DNA of 57,654 nt, taken from the NCBI GenBank assembly GCA_964016885.1, contig CAXHJY010001752.1, positions 1 through 57,654 of the forward strand. Reading direction: 5' to 3'. The notes under the pieces were generated by a model, which worked only from the letters and a program-made list of their open reading frames with translations, was not told where the DNA came from and did no database searches. The position numbers and the translations under genes are program-made. Positions 22,481-34,000 of this stretch are shown here, one piece after another (position 1 is the first letter of the stretch; each line of letters opens with the position of its first letter). This DNA comes from Eledone cirrhosa. Lineage: Eukaryota.

Positions 22481-25400
22481 CCCAGCCGATATGCATGTAT
22501 ATATGTGTATGTATATATATATATATGTATATGTATATACTCCCCTCCCAACCTATATGTATGTAGATATATACATTCACATATGTGTATATAGTGTGTA
22601 TGTGCGTGTGTACTCCCCCTCCCCTCTCACCATCTATTGTAATTTTTCGAACCTCTCTAGTTGGGCCACAGCTGTATGTAAATTTTGAGGTCCTGATAAA
22701 AGAGCTGACAGCTGCGAGCTTATTATTCCGCCAAACATTGCATTTTTGCGCACTAAAGTGTTTGTGGCGCAAAAGAGGCTGTATGGCTGCAAGTTGTCAG
22801 GTAATGGAATACGAATTTCTATATGAACTGGAGTTTTTAATATATTGAACTGAAAAATGCATTTCGATTTAATTTTAATATGCTCCCGTCATTTCTCACC
22901 TTAGTTCATTTCGCTAACGCTTAACAGTAAACGGTGAGGGCGACCCACCACCACCACCACCATCAATTACCGCGGTGGTCTACATATCTAGGTCACTGTT
23001 AAGACACCCACACCAGATTAGTACCAAGGAATTTCTTAAGGTTGCTTGGTTGGCGTAAAGATTGTTTCTGTAGTCTTTCTACATACCTTAATCCTTTGTA
23101 TTTTTTTTGCTTTTAATCTAAGAAGCCATTTCGCGTTTTAAAGTTTTTTCTTTTGGTGGGGACGTGAGAACCCTAATTTTGTTGAACAGTTATAAGTGTA
23201 TTTAATTTTGCCTTATGCGATTTTTTTTTTTTTTTGCATTTTATTATTTTCAGAATCAATGGTTACCTGTAATAGAAAATCCTATGGTTGCCACTTGTTC
23301 CATTGTCCCTGCACCCGAAGATCCTGATTCAACAGCAGGTACTAGCAGACATTCCACCCAACCAGAACTAGTAGCCGGCTCTCATTTTCGTTTTCAAAAT
23401 TTTTTTGTAACTCCAAACAATGCAAAACACTCGCCCCTTCCTAAACTCAGCTGGGCTGATTCCCATGAAGTTTGGCAGGTTATGTTGGAAAAAGAAGTCC
23501 ATTACAGTAAAGATCCACATATGTTGGATCGACATCCGTCTTTACAGTCAAAGATGAGGGCAATCTTATTAGACTGGCTTATTGAGGTGAGTTGATTTAT
23601 AAGGGTGTAGTCAATTGTCTTGATATTTGAATACTTTTGAATGTAGTATTTGATGTTAAACTGGGTTAGTTTAACTGACCATTTCAGAATGAAAATGCCA
23701 CTTGCTATTGCAAAAATAAAGAACTAAATATATGTGTATGATTTCAAACAAGTGGCTGCAAACCACTAGAAGAGAGTAAAATTTAAGGGATTTATTTTAT
23801 AAATTGTTTAATGCCTAGTGTATATAGCCATGTCATGGTTTGTGCCTTGTCACTGAGTGTCCACTGAGACACTGCAGAGTGAAGATGGTATAATGCAGCA
23901 CTAGGAAAAAGTTTCACATTCATTTAATACAGTTGAGATCAGAAATAGGTATTGAATCCCATGGTTCATTATAATTCACAAAAAAAAAAAGAATTTTGGT
24001 GCATGTCATCATTATTTTAAGTCCATTTGTCACAGGTCAAAAGGACTATAACTTGCTCATACATTCCATTTTTGGTGAGGCTTCTGCAGCTGGATGCCCT
24101 TCCTATTACCAGCAGCAAGTTTGGGTATTTCTGTGTAGTAAAGCAAAATCAATCTAAATTTTCCTTTAAAGATACAACTAATACTCTGCCTTCTACTCAC
24201 TTGAGTCTTGGCTCTCTTATGTTGGCAATATTGTTCTGTGACATTATGCAAGAGAAGACTGCATTGGTATGGACATGTGATGCATATGGATGTTGGGTGA
24301 AGGGGTGTCAAGAAATCCTAGTGAAGGGAAACTGAAGTGAGAACTGATCTGAAATCACTGACTGACTCACAGAGGAAATGATGAAGGAATGTGGCAATTG
24401 GGGAGTTGCTGTGCTGAAAAGGGCCCATGCAAACGGAAAAACTGGCGTATAAATGTTAAGAGGGTTATTGAATTAGGTTAACCCTTTAGCATTCACATTA
24501 CTCTGTAATACTATTATATTTTAATGGTAAAGGCTTTACCTCATAATATCGAATCTATGAGATTTTGAAAACCATACCTTAACATCAGTTTGAGCGACCA
24601 GTTTCAACAGAAAGGTAGAGAATTCTGGCCGGTTTGAACACTAAAGGGTTAAGAAGCTGAATTTCATAGAGATTTTAAATTGTTCTAAAGATCCATCTAT
24701 TCTACATAATTTTTTTCCTCTTATAGGTGTGTGAAGTATATAAGCTACATAGAGAGACCTACTATTTATCACTTGAGTTCATCGATCGTTATTTGTCAAA
24801 AGAAAAGTGCATAATCAAACATCAACTTCAACTTATAGGAATTACTTCATTGTTTATTGCAGCTAAACTGGAGGTAAGGGTATCCTAATTATTTTAGTCT
24901 GTCAACATAAGCATTATCTCTCAAATTGTTTCTCATGCTATTTAAATCTGTTGAGACTACCTATAAACCCATGTTATCAATCCACTTGATATCACTTAGA
25001 TATAAACCATTGCAGTAATTAGATTTCAGTAAGTAAGCATTTTTGTATTCCAAATTCATGCTTTATAAATATATATATAAACTCATGAAATCACATTGCC
25101 ATGAATAAGCTAGATCCCTCCAAGTTCTTAGTTGCTTCAAAATTGATAATCCTTGAACTATTGTTGAGAAGCTAATGGAGCTGGGTTTTCATAATAGTAG
25201 TAGTCAGACAAGGGTTATTGAAATTCTTTTTATTTGCTATTTCAGGAAATTTATCCACCAAAACTTTCTGATTTTGCTTATGTCACTGATGGTGCTTGTT
25301 CTGATGCTGAAATATTAAACCAAGAATTAGTTATGTTAAAGGTTAGTTCACTTCTTCAGTATCTAATCTCATTCAAACTGTTTTCATTTTATGGTTACCT

Positions 25401-26901
25401 GTTGAATCTTTATGAATGATTTTTTTTTTTTTTTTCAATATCTATTTCAGATATTGGGTTGGGATTTGTCTCCAATGACAGTAACTGCTTGGTTGAATGT
25501 CTACCTTCAACTTGTTAATGTTGATAAAATTGCGGAAGATGGTTTTGACTTCCCACAATATTCCTCAAATGTTTATATTCAAGTAGCACGGGTAAGTTGT
25601 AAGTTTAGTATATACTGCCATAATTAGCAAATTCCTAATTCAGTTACTCCTTGTATTTGTGATTTAACTATTTGCATTTATTGTCTGATGTAAAATTGAC
25701 CTATTTTTCTTTCTATCCAGTTAATAGATTTATGCATGTTAGACATTGCTTGTCTGCGTTATACAAGCAGTGTGATAGCAACTTCAGCCTTATATCATAT
25801 GGCTTCCAAGTCAGTGGCATTAGCAGTCTCAGGTAAATTTTAAAAACTTTTTATATAAAGCTATTCTTTATTTTATTGGTCATAAGTGGGTTTCATTCTG
25901 ATAGATATGCACTCCTAAACAGCTATGAGACGATACATTTTATTCGATTTTGTAACAAAAGCTAAAAACCTAAATTAGAACTGATCTAATACGAAGATAT
26001 GTGGCAATGAAACTGGGTGGTTTGATTAATGCTTTTATGGGTCTGGAGCTCAAAATGCACACTAAGATCTGAAGAAATCTTGGTAGACCTTAAGCCATCT
26101 GGAACGAGTTCCTAACAATGGATTGATATGTTTGAAAACTTTTTCATTTATCATTGTAAAACATTCTCCACTTCATCTTATGATTTTTATTTGCATATTT
26201 CAGGATTATCGATGGCTGATTTGCTTCCCTGCATACAATGGATGAACCCTTATGCTCTTACCCTTCGAGAGGCAGGTTCAGTAGAATTAAAATTTTTTCC
26301 AATGGTGCATATTGATGATAGCCACAATATTCAAACACATGCTGTTGATCTAGACTTGTTGGTAAGTTTTAATTACATGTTTTCATTATCTAGTATTAAA
26401 GAATAAACTCTAGTTCAATATTTACATCAGCTGCTGCTTGCATCTAATTTTATCAGGGAATTGGTAGTAATAAGAATTATCCTAGACCCTTTATATGAAT
26501 TTTCTTCTGGAGTTTCAAATTGTTTTGTTCAGTTTGGCCTATGAACTGTTTGTCATTGTCATGGTAGTATTGGGTGAACAGTACTGAAAACTCATGTTGG
26601 TCAATTTTTAAGTATTGATGGGGTTTTACTAAAAGGGTTTCATAGTTTTGTTTTTGCATATGTAAATATGATGTTCTGAAAAAAACTGAAATGTTTGCAT
26701 CTTCATTCTTCATTTCAGGAAAAGGCACATTTAAAGGAGTCTGAGCTTCTTGCAATAATGCGATATGATCCACAACCCTGTTCAGAAGTTATGTTGTTAA
26801 CTCCTCCACAAAGTGATAAGAAAGATGTGTCAGCTGATGCATTAATGTCACTAACTTCTTCCACTCCTGACAGATCGTCAGAAGTTACTTCATCTCCTTG
26901 A
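21203..26901 (+). CDS. CCNE: G1/S-specific cyclin E, complete spliced CDS (10 coding exons, 434 aa)
   Basis: Exons 21203-21216, 21325-21391, 21534-21587, 23254-23586, 24727-24873, 25246-25341, 25451-25591, 25721-25832, 26204-26361 and 26719-26901. All introns are GT-AG with consistent phases; total 1305 nt. The protein contains [15 protein letters not shown], the cyclin box [25 protein letters not shown]...[40 protein letters not shown] and the C-terminal LLTPPQS Fbw7 degron. The first three small exons (MLCRRSK...KKRKPQD...KKKRRFHIK) are slightly less certain. Confidence 0.96.
21245..21255 (+). promoter_or_regulatory. YY1 consensus site in a proximal cyclin E intron
   Basis: GCCGCCATTTT matches the YY1 consensus. 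Confidence 0.45.
22660..22800. promoter_or_regulatory. Candidate intronic enhancer (E2F-like sites and E-boxes)
   Basis: TTCCGCCAAA (22726-22735, reverse complement TTTGGCGGAA), TTTTGCGCA, TGGCGCAAAA and two CAGCTG in a GC-richer patch. A further TTTGGCGC lies at 21668-21675. Confidence 0.35.
24482..24648. mobile_element. piggyBac-type MITE in a cyclin E intron
   Basis: TTAA|CCCTTTAGCATT...CTAAAGGG|TTAA; same family as 3290-3501 in the opposite orientation. Confidence 0.85.
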
Positions 26902-28058
26902 TTAGTGCTACACATTACGTGTTGCTTTCTTCAAATTAGCAGTGCTGGTAAAAATTTGGCTGTGGACTGCTGCTGAGGTTATTGCAAATAATCTTTCCAT
27001 TAATTCTGCATATTGGATTATACAGCTCTAAACCTGGCATGTTACTTGTTTTGACTTTCACTCATCTTGTCTTGAATCATTAGTACTATTCCCTCTTAGT
27101 AGATGTATTGCATTTTCCAAACTTAGTGAATTTTTTTATATTTTTATAAACCTTTTTGTACACTCTTGATGGAATGAATAACTTAATATTTATTTCCTGT
27201 AGAAAACTCACTCTTTGTCCTTCCCCATACCAAATATTTAGATTTTGCTTAAAAAGAAATCCATTTTTTTTTTTTACTGAACATTTGAGAAAGATTGAAT
27301 TACTGTTATCACAAGTGTACTGTGATAGTAGATTTATCTTAAGAAATTCAGTTGGATTTATTTGCACATTGAAGAGAAGACAATGTCAAATGAATTCTAT
27401 TCTTTTGTAAATATGTTTGTATATACTTCACTGCCTGTGTGGTTTTTACATTCAGGTAATGACTGTAAATAGGGTTATTTTCATGCATCACATTATTTAA
27501 GAATTGTCTGTTGAAAAGCAAAACAAGCTAGTATTTTGCCAGCTCTTCATTCTCTGGTTATGAGCATAAAGGAATCCCAATATTTGGTGATGAGCTCCTT
27601 TGACAATTAAAAAAAACCTTTTTAAATAGCAAGTGCTGTGAGGGGTGGGTGGGTAGATAAGTGTATAAAATGACATGCACTGTAAATATATTTAAATTAA
27701 AAAATAAAAAAAAACTTTGGTGGCTGGTTATAAAACTGAGCAACTATTATTTAACGAATACTGAATATTAAACATTTAACTCGAGAAGTTAACAGTTGTC
27801 TTTCATAATATGCATCACCCGCGTTGAAAGTGGGAGTAATTTGGTTGTGAAGCTAAGCCTGCCGACCCTTTTTTTATGTAGAGTATATATGAAAAAAAAA
27901 TAAAAATCTTTCTTCCAAATTATACTCCTGAACAGAACATAAATTAATTACAAACATAATGTGCTATTTGAATAAACTTTTTAATAAAAAACATGAAAAA
28001 AAAAAGTTGTTTTGGATTTTTTTTTTTTTTAATTAAATAAAATCTGGGGATAGGATTT
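26902..28058. other. Convergent 3' UTR / intergenic region of cyclin E and URI1
   Basis: 1157 bp between the two stop codons, with no TE. Plus-strand AATAAA at 27703, 27899, 27971 and 27983. Minus-strand ATTAAA at 28028-28033 and 27980-27985, and AATAAA at 27357-27362. Confidence 0.7.
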
Positions 28059-31000
28059 CTATCTTTCTAGGCGAGAAGCCTTGAATTTGGATATCCTCCT
28101 GGGTTGTTGAGTATCATCAGAACTTGCACTGGTTTGGTTACTGTTTTCATCTTTTTCAATTACTTCATTGGTAATTGCCTGGAACTATAGAATGGAGAAA
28201 GTATTAAAATTGGTCATTACATTTTGGATTAAATATCAATGTTATGGCATTTTATCTTACCTTTGGAGCTGGGTAATAAGACTCTGAATTTTCTTTGCTG
28301 GTTGGAGTTTTTTCAGAGTCATTTGTGGTAATACAACTTCCTTCATTAATTGTTGGTTGGTCATGTGGAGTGTGTTTAGAGTTTGTTGATTTCAGTATTG
28401 ATTTAGGCTGTGGTGGAAACATTTTATAAATATCTGATGGACTGCATATTGGTGACTGATTTTGATCAGTGAATTGTAGCTTGCCCACATTTTTCTAAAA
28501 GATAAGCAAAGAAATGGTTTAAAAAAATATTCTTGCTGCATCCTTTTTGGATAGGTTTAATACCATTACTTGGCCTTTGAGTACCCAATCCTCAGCTTTC
28601 CTTACACTTTGACAACAGATAATATATTTTTCTTGAATGTGGGAGGACATAACCTCCCTAGTGTTGGTGATCTACTGGGTAGATACTGTAAAGTGGTTGA
28701 TGATTGGACTGGGAAATAGATGTTATTGCCATGACTGCAAGAATTACTCGAGGCGATTGTGTTGCCAAATACTATATAGTATCCCATGGGACCAAGTTCA
28801 AAATGTTTCTAGCACATTTTATGGAATTCCAATAAATGTAGACTTGTCAAGAGAAAATGGAATAGCAACAAATCCCACTCTGCCATCTTATATAAGAACA
28901 TGGCACATAAAAGATGGGATGGTCATAGGTCTGTTCCATCAGAATTAACTGAGCTACAGGAAATAGTTTCACCACCAAGCCAAAACTATTTTCTTTTAAA
29001 TGGGCACTTTTTTCCTTGTGAGAATACTAAATAATAGGCAAGCTGAAAATGTGAACATGTTTTACATAGAAAACAATTCTTTAGCATTTAATCTGGCCAG
29101 AATTCTCACTTCTTTCTCTTCAAACCAGTTGTACCTAGCTACTCATATTGATGTTAAAGTATTGTTCTCAAAATAAATATCAAATTCTCAGATTAGATTA
29201 GATATGAGACACAAAAATAGAGTAATGGAGATGAATGCATGGCAATGAGGAGAAGAGGAAGGTGTATGCTGCATATATGAGAAGTATCAATTGACAAAAT
29301 GAAAGTGACTTACAGGAGCAAGACGTGATGAATGTAGAGCAGCCGAAACGAGAAATTGATTAGTTAATGTATTTAGAAAGGATGAAAGTGAGAGGAATGA
29401 TGGAAACGATTCTGGAAGGAAGTAAAAGAAAGCCGACTAATGATGGTGGAAGAAATGAAAGCCAGATAGGGAGAAATGGCCGTAAAATATTTGTAGTTGG
29501 GCACATTTTTAAACTTTTAACATTTACATTACTCTATATGGTAATTTCACAGTAAAAGCTTTATCTCACATAATACTGGATCTATGAGATTTTGGTATTA
29601 TTTATTTTGAGAACAATACCTTAACATCAGTATGAGCAGCCAGAGGTGAGAGAATTCTGACCAGTTTAAATGCTAAAGGGTTGTTTTGCAATCAACATTT
29701 CAGATTTGCTCTCACAGCTCTGCACTTTCAGCTAATGACTTAACCAAGCCAAACATTATGGCTGAAATTATGTAGACAGGAATTGCAGCACTCTCTTACA
29801 TGGATTGTATTTGTTTTTAGGTGACAGACTTAATCTGTCATCCAGTTAAATACCCATCTCCACCATCTAGCCTTTGGTGTGCCTCCAGCTGAGTAAACTC
29901 TATGGCAGGCCTGTCTGTCAGTCTACCAGCGTTGTGTAAATTATGGAAAGAAGACAACATATCCCAGAGGGAAGATTTCTTTAATTTATATTTTTTAAAC
30001 TGACATTTCTACCTTTTTTTTTATTGGATTAATCTATAGAAAGGATTTGTGACAGTGGCTTTGAAATAGGGTGGGTGAAAAGAAATTTCTTGTTGAAAAT
30101 TAACCTCTTGCCACGTCCTCATCAACAGTTTTCCACAACACAATGGTACCCACTGTGATCGAGGAATGCGAGGCTGCCTGCAAGACTTGGAACCGGCTCG
30201 GACTTAGCCCAGTAGATGTCCCTCCTCACCTTACCCCTGTAGATGTCAGACAGGCTAGCGCATGTTTTCACTCGGCCTTGCAACCCAACAGTGCCTTACC
30301 CTTCTCTATTGACACGCAGCTGGATAATGATAGCCTGCGAATTGGGGTTTCTCTGAGGCTTCACCTCTGGATTTGCCATCCACACAAATGTCGCTGTGAA
30401 TCCACCGTAGACTCTTTTGGCCTCCACCTGTTGTCCTGTCGCTACAGTGCTGGCCACCTTCCAAGTCATGCTGCTCTCAACAAGGTCATACAGCATGGCT
30501 TGGATGCTGCAGGCTTCCTCTCCCAGCTTGAGCTGGCGGGGCTAGACCAAGGGAACAGTAAAAGGCCAGACGGTGACATGACTCGTTCTAAACCTCTCAT
30601 CTGGGATGCCACATGCAGCAACATTCTCCAACGGCAGCCTGTGACTAACACAGGTTCTGCTGCACTTCGGGCTGAGAAGGGTAAACTCTCCAAATATCGG
30701 TCGTTCTCCAACAGGTTTGCGGTTGAGCCCATAGCAGTGGAGATTTCTGGTGTCCTTGGCACTAGGTCCACCTCCCTACTTGGGGAGCATGGGAGAGACG
30801 GAGGCAGTGACAGTGGGAGTTTGGTTCCTTTGTGTTCAAACCTGGTGCATATGTATATATTTATTTACTGCACCACAACGACTTACATGTAATGTTCTAA
30901 CAGACTTTTGGTCTAATGTGACCACTTGGGTCAACACCAATGACCTCATATTCATGCATGATGGGGCTAGGTCATTGAAGAAACCCTGACTTAACGCCAT

Positions 31001-34000
31001 GCAATTTTTTCCTGTGGTGGGGGACAAAGAAAAAGTTTACAGCTCAAAACCAAAAACTCTGACTTAATTGGAAGAATGCATTTGTCATGTCTTAACCAAC
31101 ATACCAACTGAGTTCCTGATGAAGTCAGTTGAGCATATACTCAGACGATTACAAACACTGGTGAACAATGCTGGTACCTATGTAGAATTATAACACTATA
31201 CTGTACTTCTATCATTATACTGTTCAAAATAAAATATATTTATGTAAATTGACAAATAATTAATAAAGTTATTAACAATTTTAAATAGGGAGTTTCTTTC
31301 TGCCGACCACTTACATCTCCCAGGGTTGTTGATTAACATATTCCTATTGAACATTTGCAAGAAAAACATGAGTAGAGAAGGCATTCCAATGGGTGGAAAG
31401 GTCTGATCATTATCATTAGTTTTATAACCGTTTTCATGCTTGCATCGGTTGGACAGGCCCTTTTTAGCACAGCACTGCTCCACCCTCTGCATTCCTTTGT
31501 CATCTCCTCAGTGTGTCTCAGCAATATGAGATCAGCTCTCACCACTTCCATCTAGGTCTTCATCTACTGCGGTTTCCTACAACTGGGATTTCCTGGCACT
31601 TATTCACCCAGCAATCATCATCCATACACATCACATGCCCATACCAACGCAGTCTCCTCTCTTGCACACCGGTTTGAATTCTTCTTAAACCAAGTTTCTC
31701 CCTAGTTCATCCAAGCTCCTTTCTCTCATATTTATATTGCACATCCAACGAAGCATGGTTGCTTCATTTTCCTCCAGCCTACATATGTCCTCTGCAGTTA
31801 TTACCCATGTTTTACTACCATGCAGCATCACACTACGCACACAGGCATCATCCTTTTGCACATAGGGAAAAACATTTTGTTGTCAACAGTGGGAGTAGCT
31901 CTCTAAACTTCTTCCATCCTATCCTTATTCTAATTATTATGCTCTCAGAACAGCCTCCCTCCTCTGCAGCTAATTAAGTTTAGTAAAGTCTACTTTGTTG
32001 TAAGTATTTGGGCGAAGTCTTTCACCCACCAGTCACAGAGGCCCTGAAAAAATACAGTCGTGGACACTGCCCTTCCTCCAGACTGTGATTTAAAAAAAGA
32101 CACTGAACTAGAACTGACAGCTCTCTAGCCTTTTTTATCAATAGTTCTTACCTTTTCAACTCTTGGTTTCACCTGAGAATGAGTAAATGTTATAAGACAG
32201 TTTTCATTATTTTTATATTCTGTTGCACTGTCATCTGTATCTGAGCAGCTACTTTCATCATCCTCACTGCTACTTTCTTTTTGATCTGTCCAGTGTACAG
32301 ACTTTTTAATTTTCCTATGAGCTTCTTTATCATCTTTTGCATTTAAGTTGTAATTTTCTGGAATGTCTAGAGTTGGTTCTTTAACTGCATCTTGAAAAAA
32401 TTCTTCCTTTCTAGAAGAGAAAAATATGAGTATGCGAGATTTATTTTTAAAAGAAATTATTTTATCCTCTTATTAATTAACATATTATTTTTCCTTTTGA
32501 CCGATAGATGGTAAAAATACATCATAGATATATTTTCTCAATTCAAAAAAAAATTCAATTGTTTCTTAATCAATTCGGAAAGAATTTATAAGCTACATCT
32601 GAATAGTAATATGATCAATAATTAAAGATAGAAAAAAGAATAATTATTATGAATAGAAAAAAAAAATCAAATAGCTAATTAAATAACTGTCATACAAAAA
32701 TTCTAGGATTTCAAAATTACTGATGAAAGAAGTGGTACATAGAAAATTTCTTACTCAAGTTCATTTCTTGCACTTTCTTGACTTTCCAGTTCATCAAGAT
32801 GATCCCAAAACTTGTCTTCAGTTGTTTTACTCTCTTCAGATTTCACTTTCTCTTCTTTTAATGTTTCTTTATATTTCCTAACATTTTCTTTATGTTGAAC
32901 TATAAAAAAGATTTCAATAACAGCTATGCTCACATATATACAACAATTTATCCATCAGGCTCAAAACAATAAGGTCTATGTAGATTGTGTTTTTCAATGC
33001 AAAATATATCAGAGCGAGACTTTGAGAAAATATCACAATCTGTAATAAAACATTTCATTTGGAGTTGCTACTACCATATGGGAAATGGCTATGCTATATA
33101 TGCAGAACAGGTGTAGGGAGAAAGTTTATACTATGTACATCAGCAACCTTTTTTGAGCAGTGGGGTGCATTAGATGTGGCTCATCATAAAGCAGGCTCCT
33201 TTTAAAATTCAAGGCAATTTTGAAATTAGGCGTGCCATTCAGAAAGCCAAACAGGCCACATGTAGCTTACAGGCTGCAGTTTGCCCATTACTGGTATACA
33301 CAATGCAAACCCTAGATGCATAAGAAATGCAGTGGGAGAACAGATAAGCTGACAGAAGAGAACTTTGTGTATAGCAAATGCTTTCTCAAAATAAAACAGC
33401 AGAATCCAAAGAAACAAATGGCGTTTTGTGTAAGCAAAACATAATGAATATAGTTCAAAGAGTGAAATAAATTTATGCCACAAGGAAGAAAAGCAGTCTA
33501 AAGTTTTGGGTAGTTTTCCATAGAACTAATTGATACCTTATGTTACTTAAGTGAGCTAATCTACAGTGAATGTGAATGTTCTGAAAGCATAGTAGCCAGA
33601 GTGGAAACAGTATGGAAAAAATTGACAACAATGAGGTTGTCTCTCAGAGTGAAGGGCAGATTGTATGATGTTTGTGAGCAAAGTGTAATATTAACAATGG
33701 TGTTACTCTCTCAAAGTGAAGGGCAGTGTGAAAGATTGTGTGTGTGTGTATGTTCTAACTATCTCAGAGGAGCAATTCAGTCACTGAAGTAGACAGTTAG
33801 AGAGACTATGATTTCAGGATTTTTATAACAGCAAAGTATAGTCTTGTTAGTGTCTAGAAGGACATTGTCTTAAAGTAGGCTGGTGCTGGGTTTTCTCAGA
33901 GATAGCTTAAAAAACTACGTATGTTGCATGTTTGAAGAGTTATCTGTTTGTATTTATACACCTGTAGCAAGACACACCTATGTTGGTATAGTATTATTTG

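Noticed and set aside
26968-26974. TGCTGCT, the miR-15/16 seed match known from vertebrate CCNE1
   Set aside because: The miR-15/16 family is not known from molluscs; a single 7-mer is likely chance.
31116-31160. CTGATGA cores checked as hammerhead ribozymes (also 18161, 41119, 46498)
   Set aside because: No stem II followed by GAAA and no compatible flanking helices seen.
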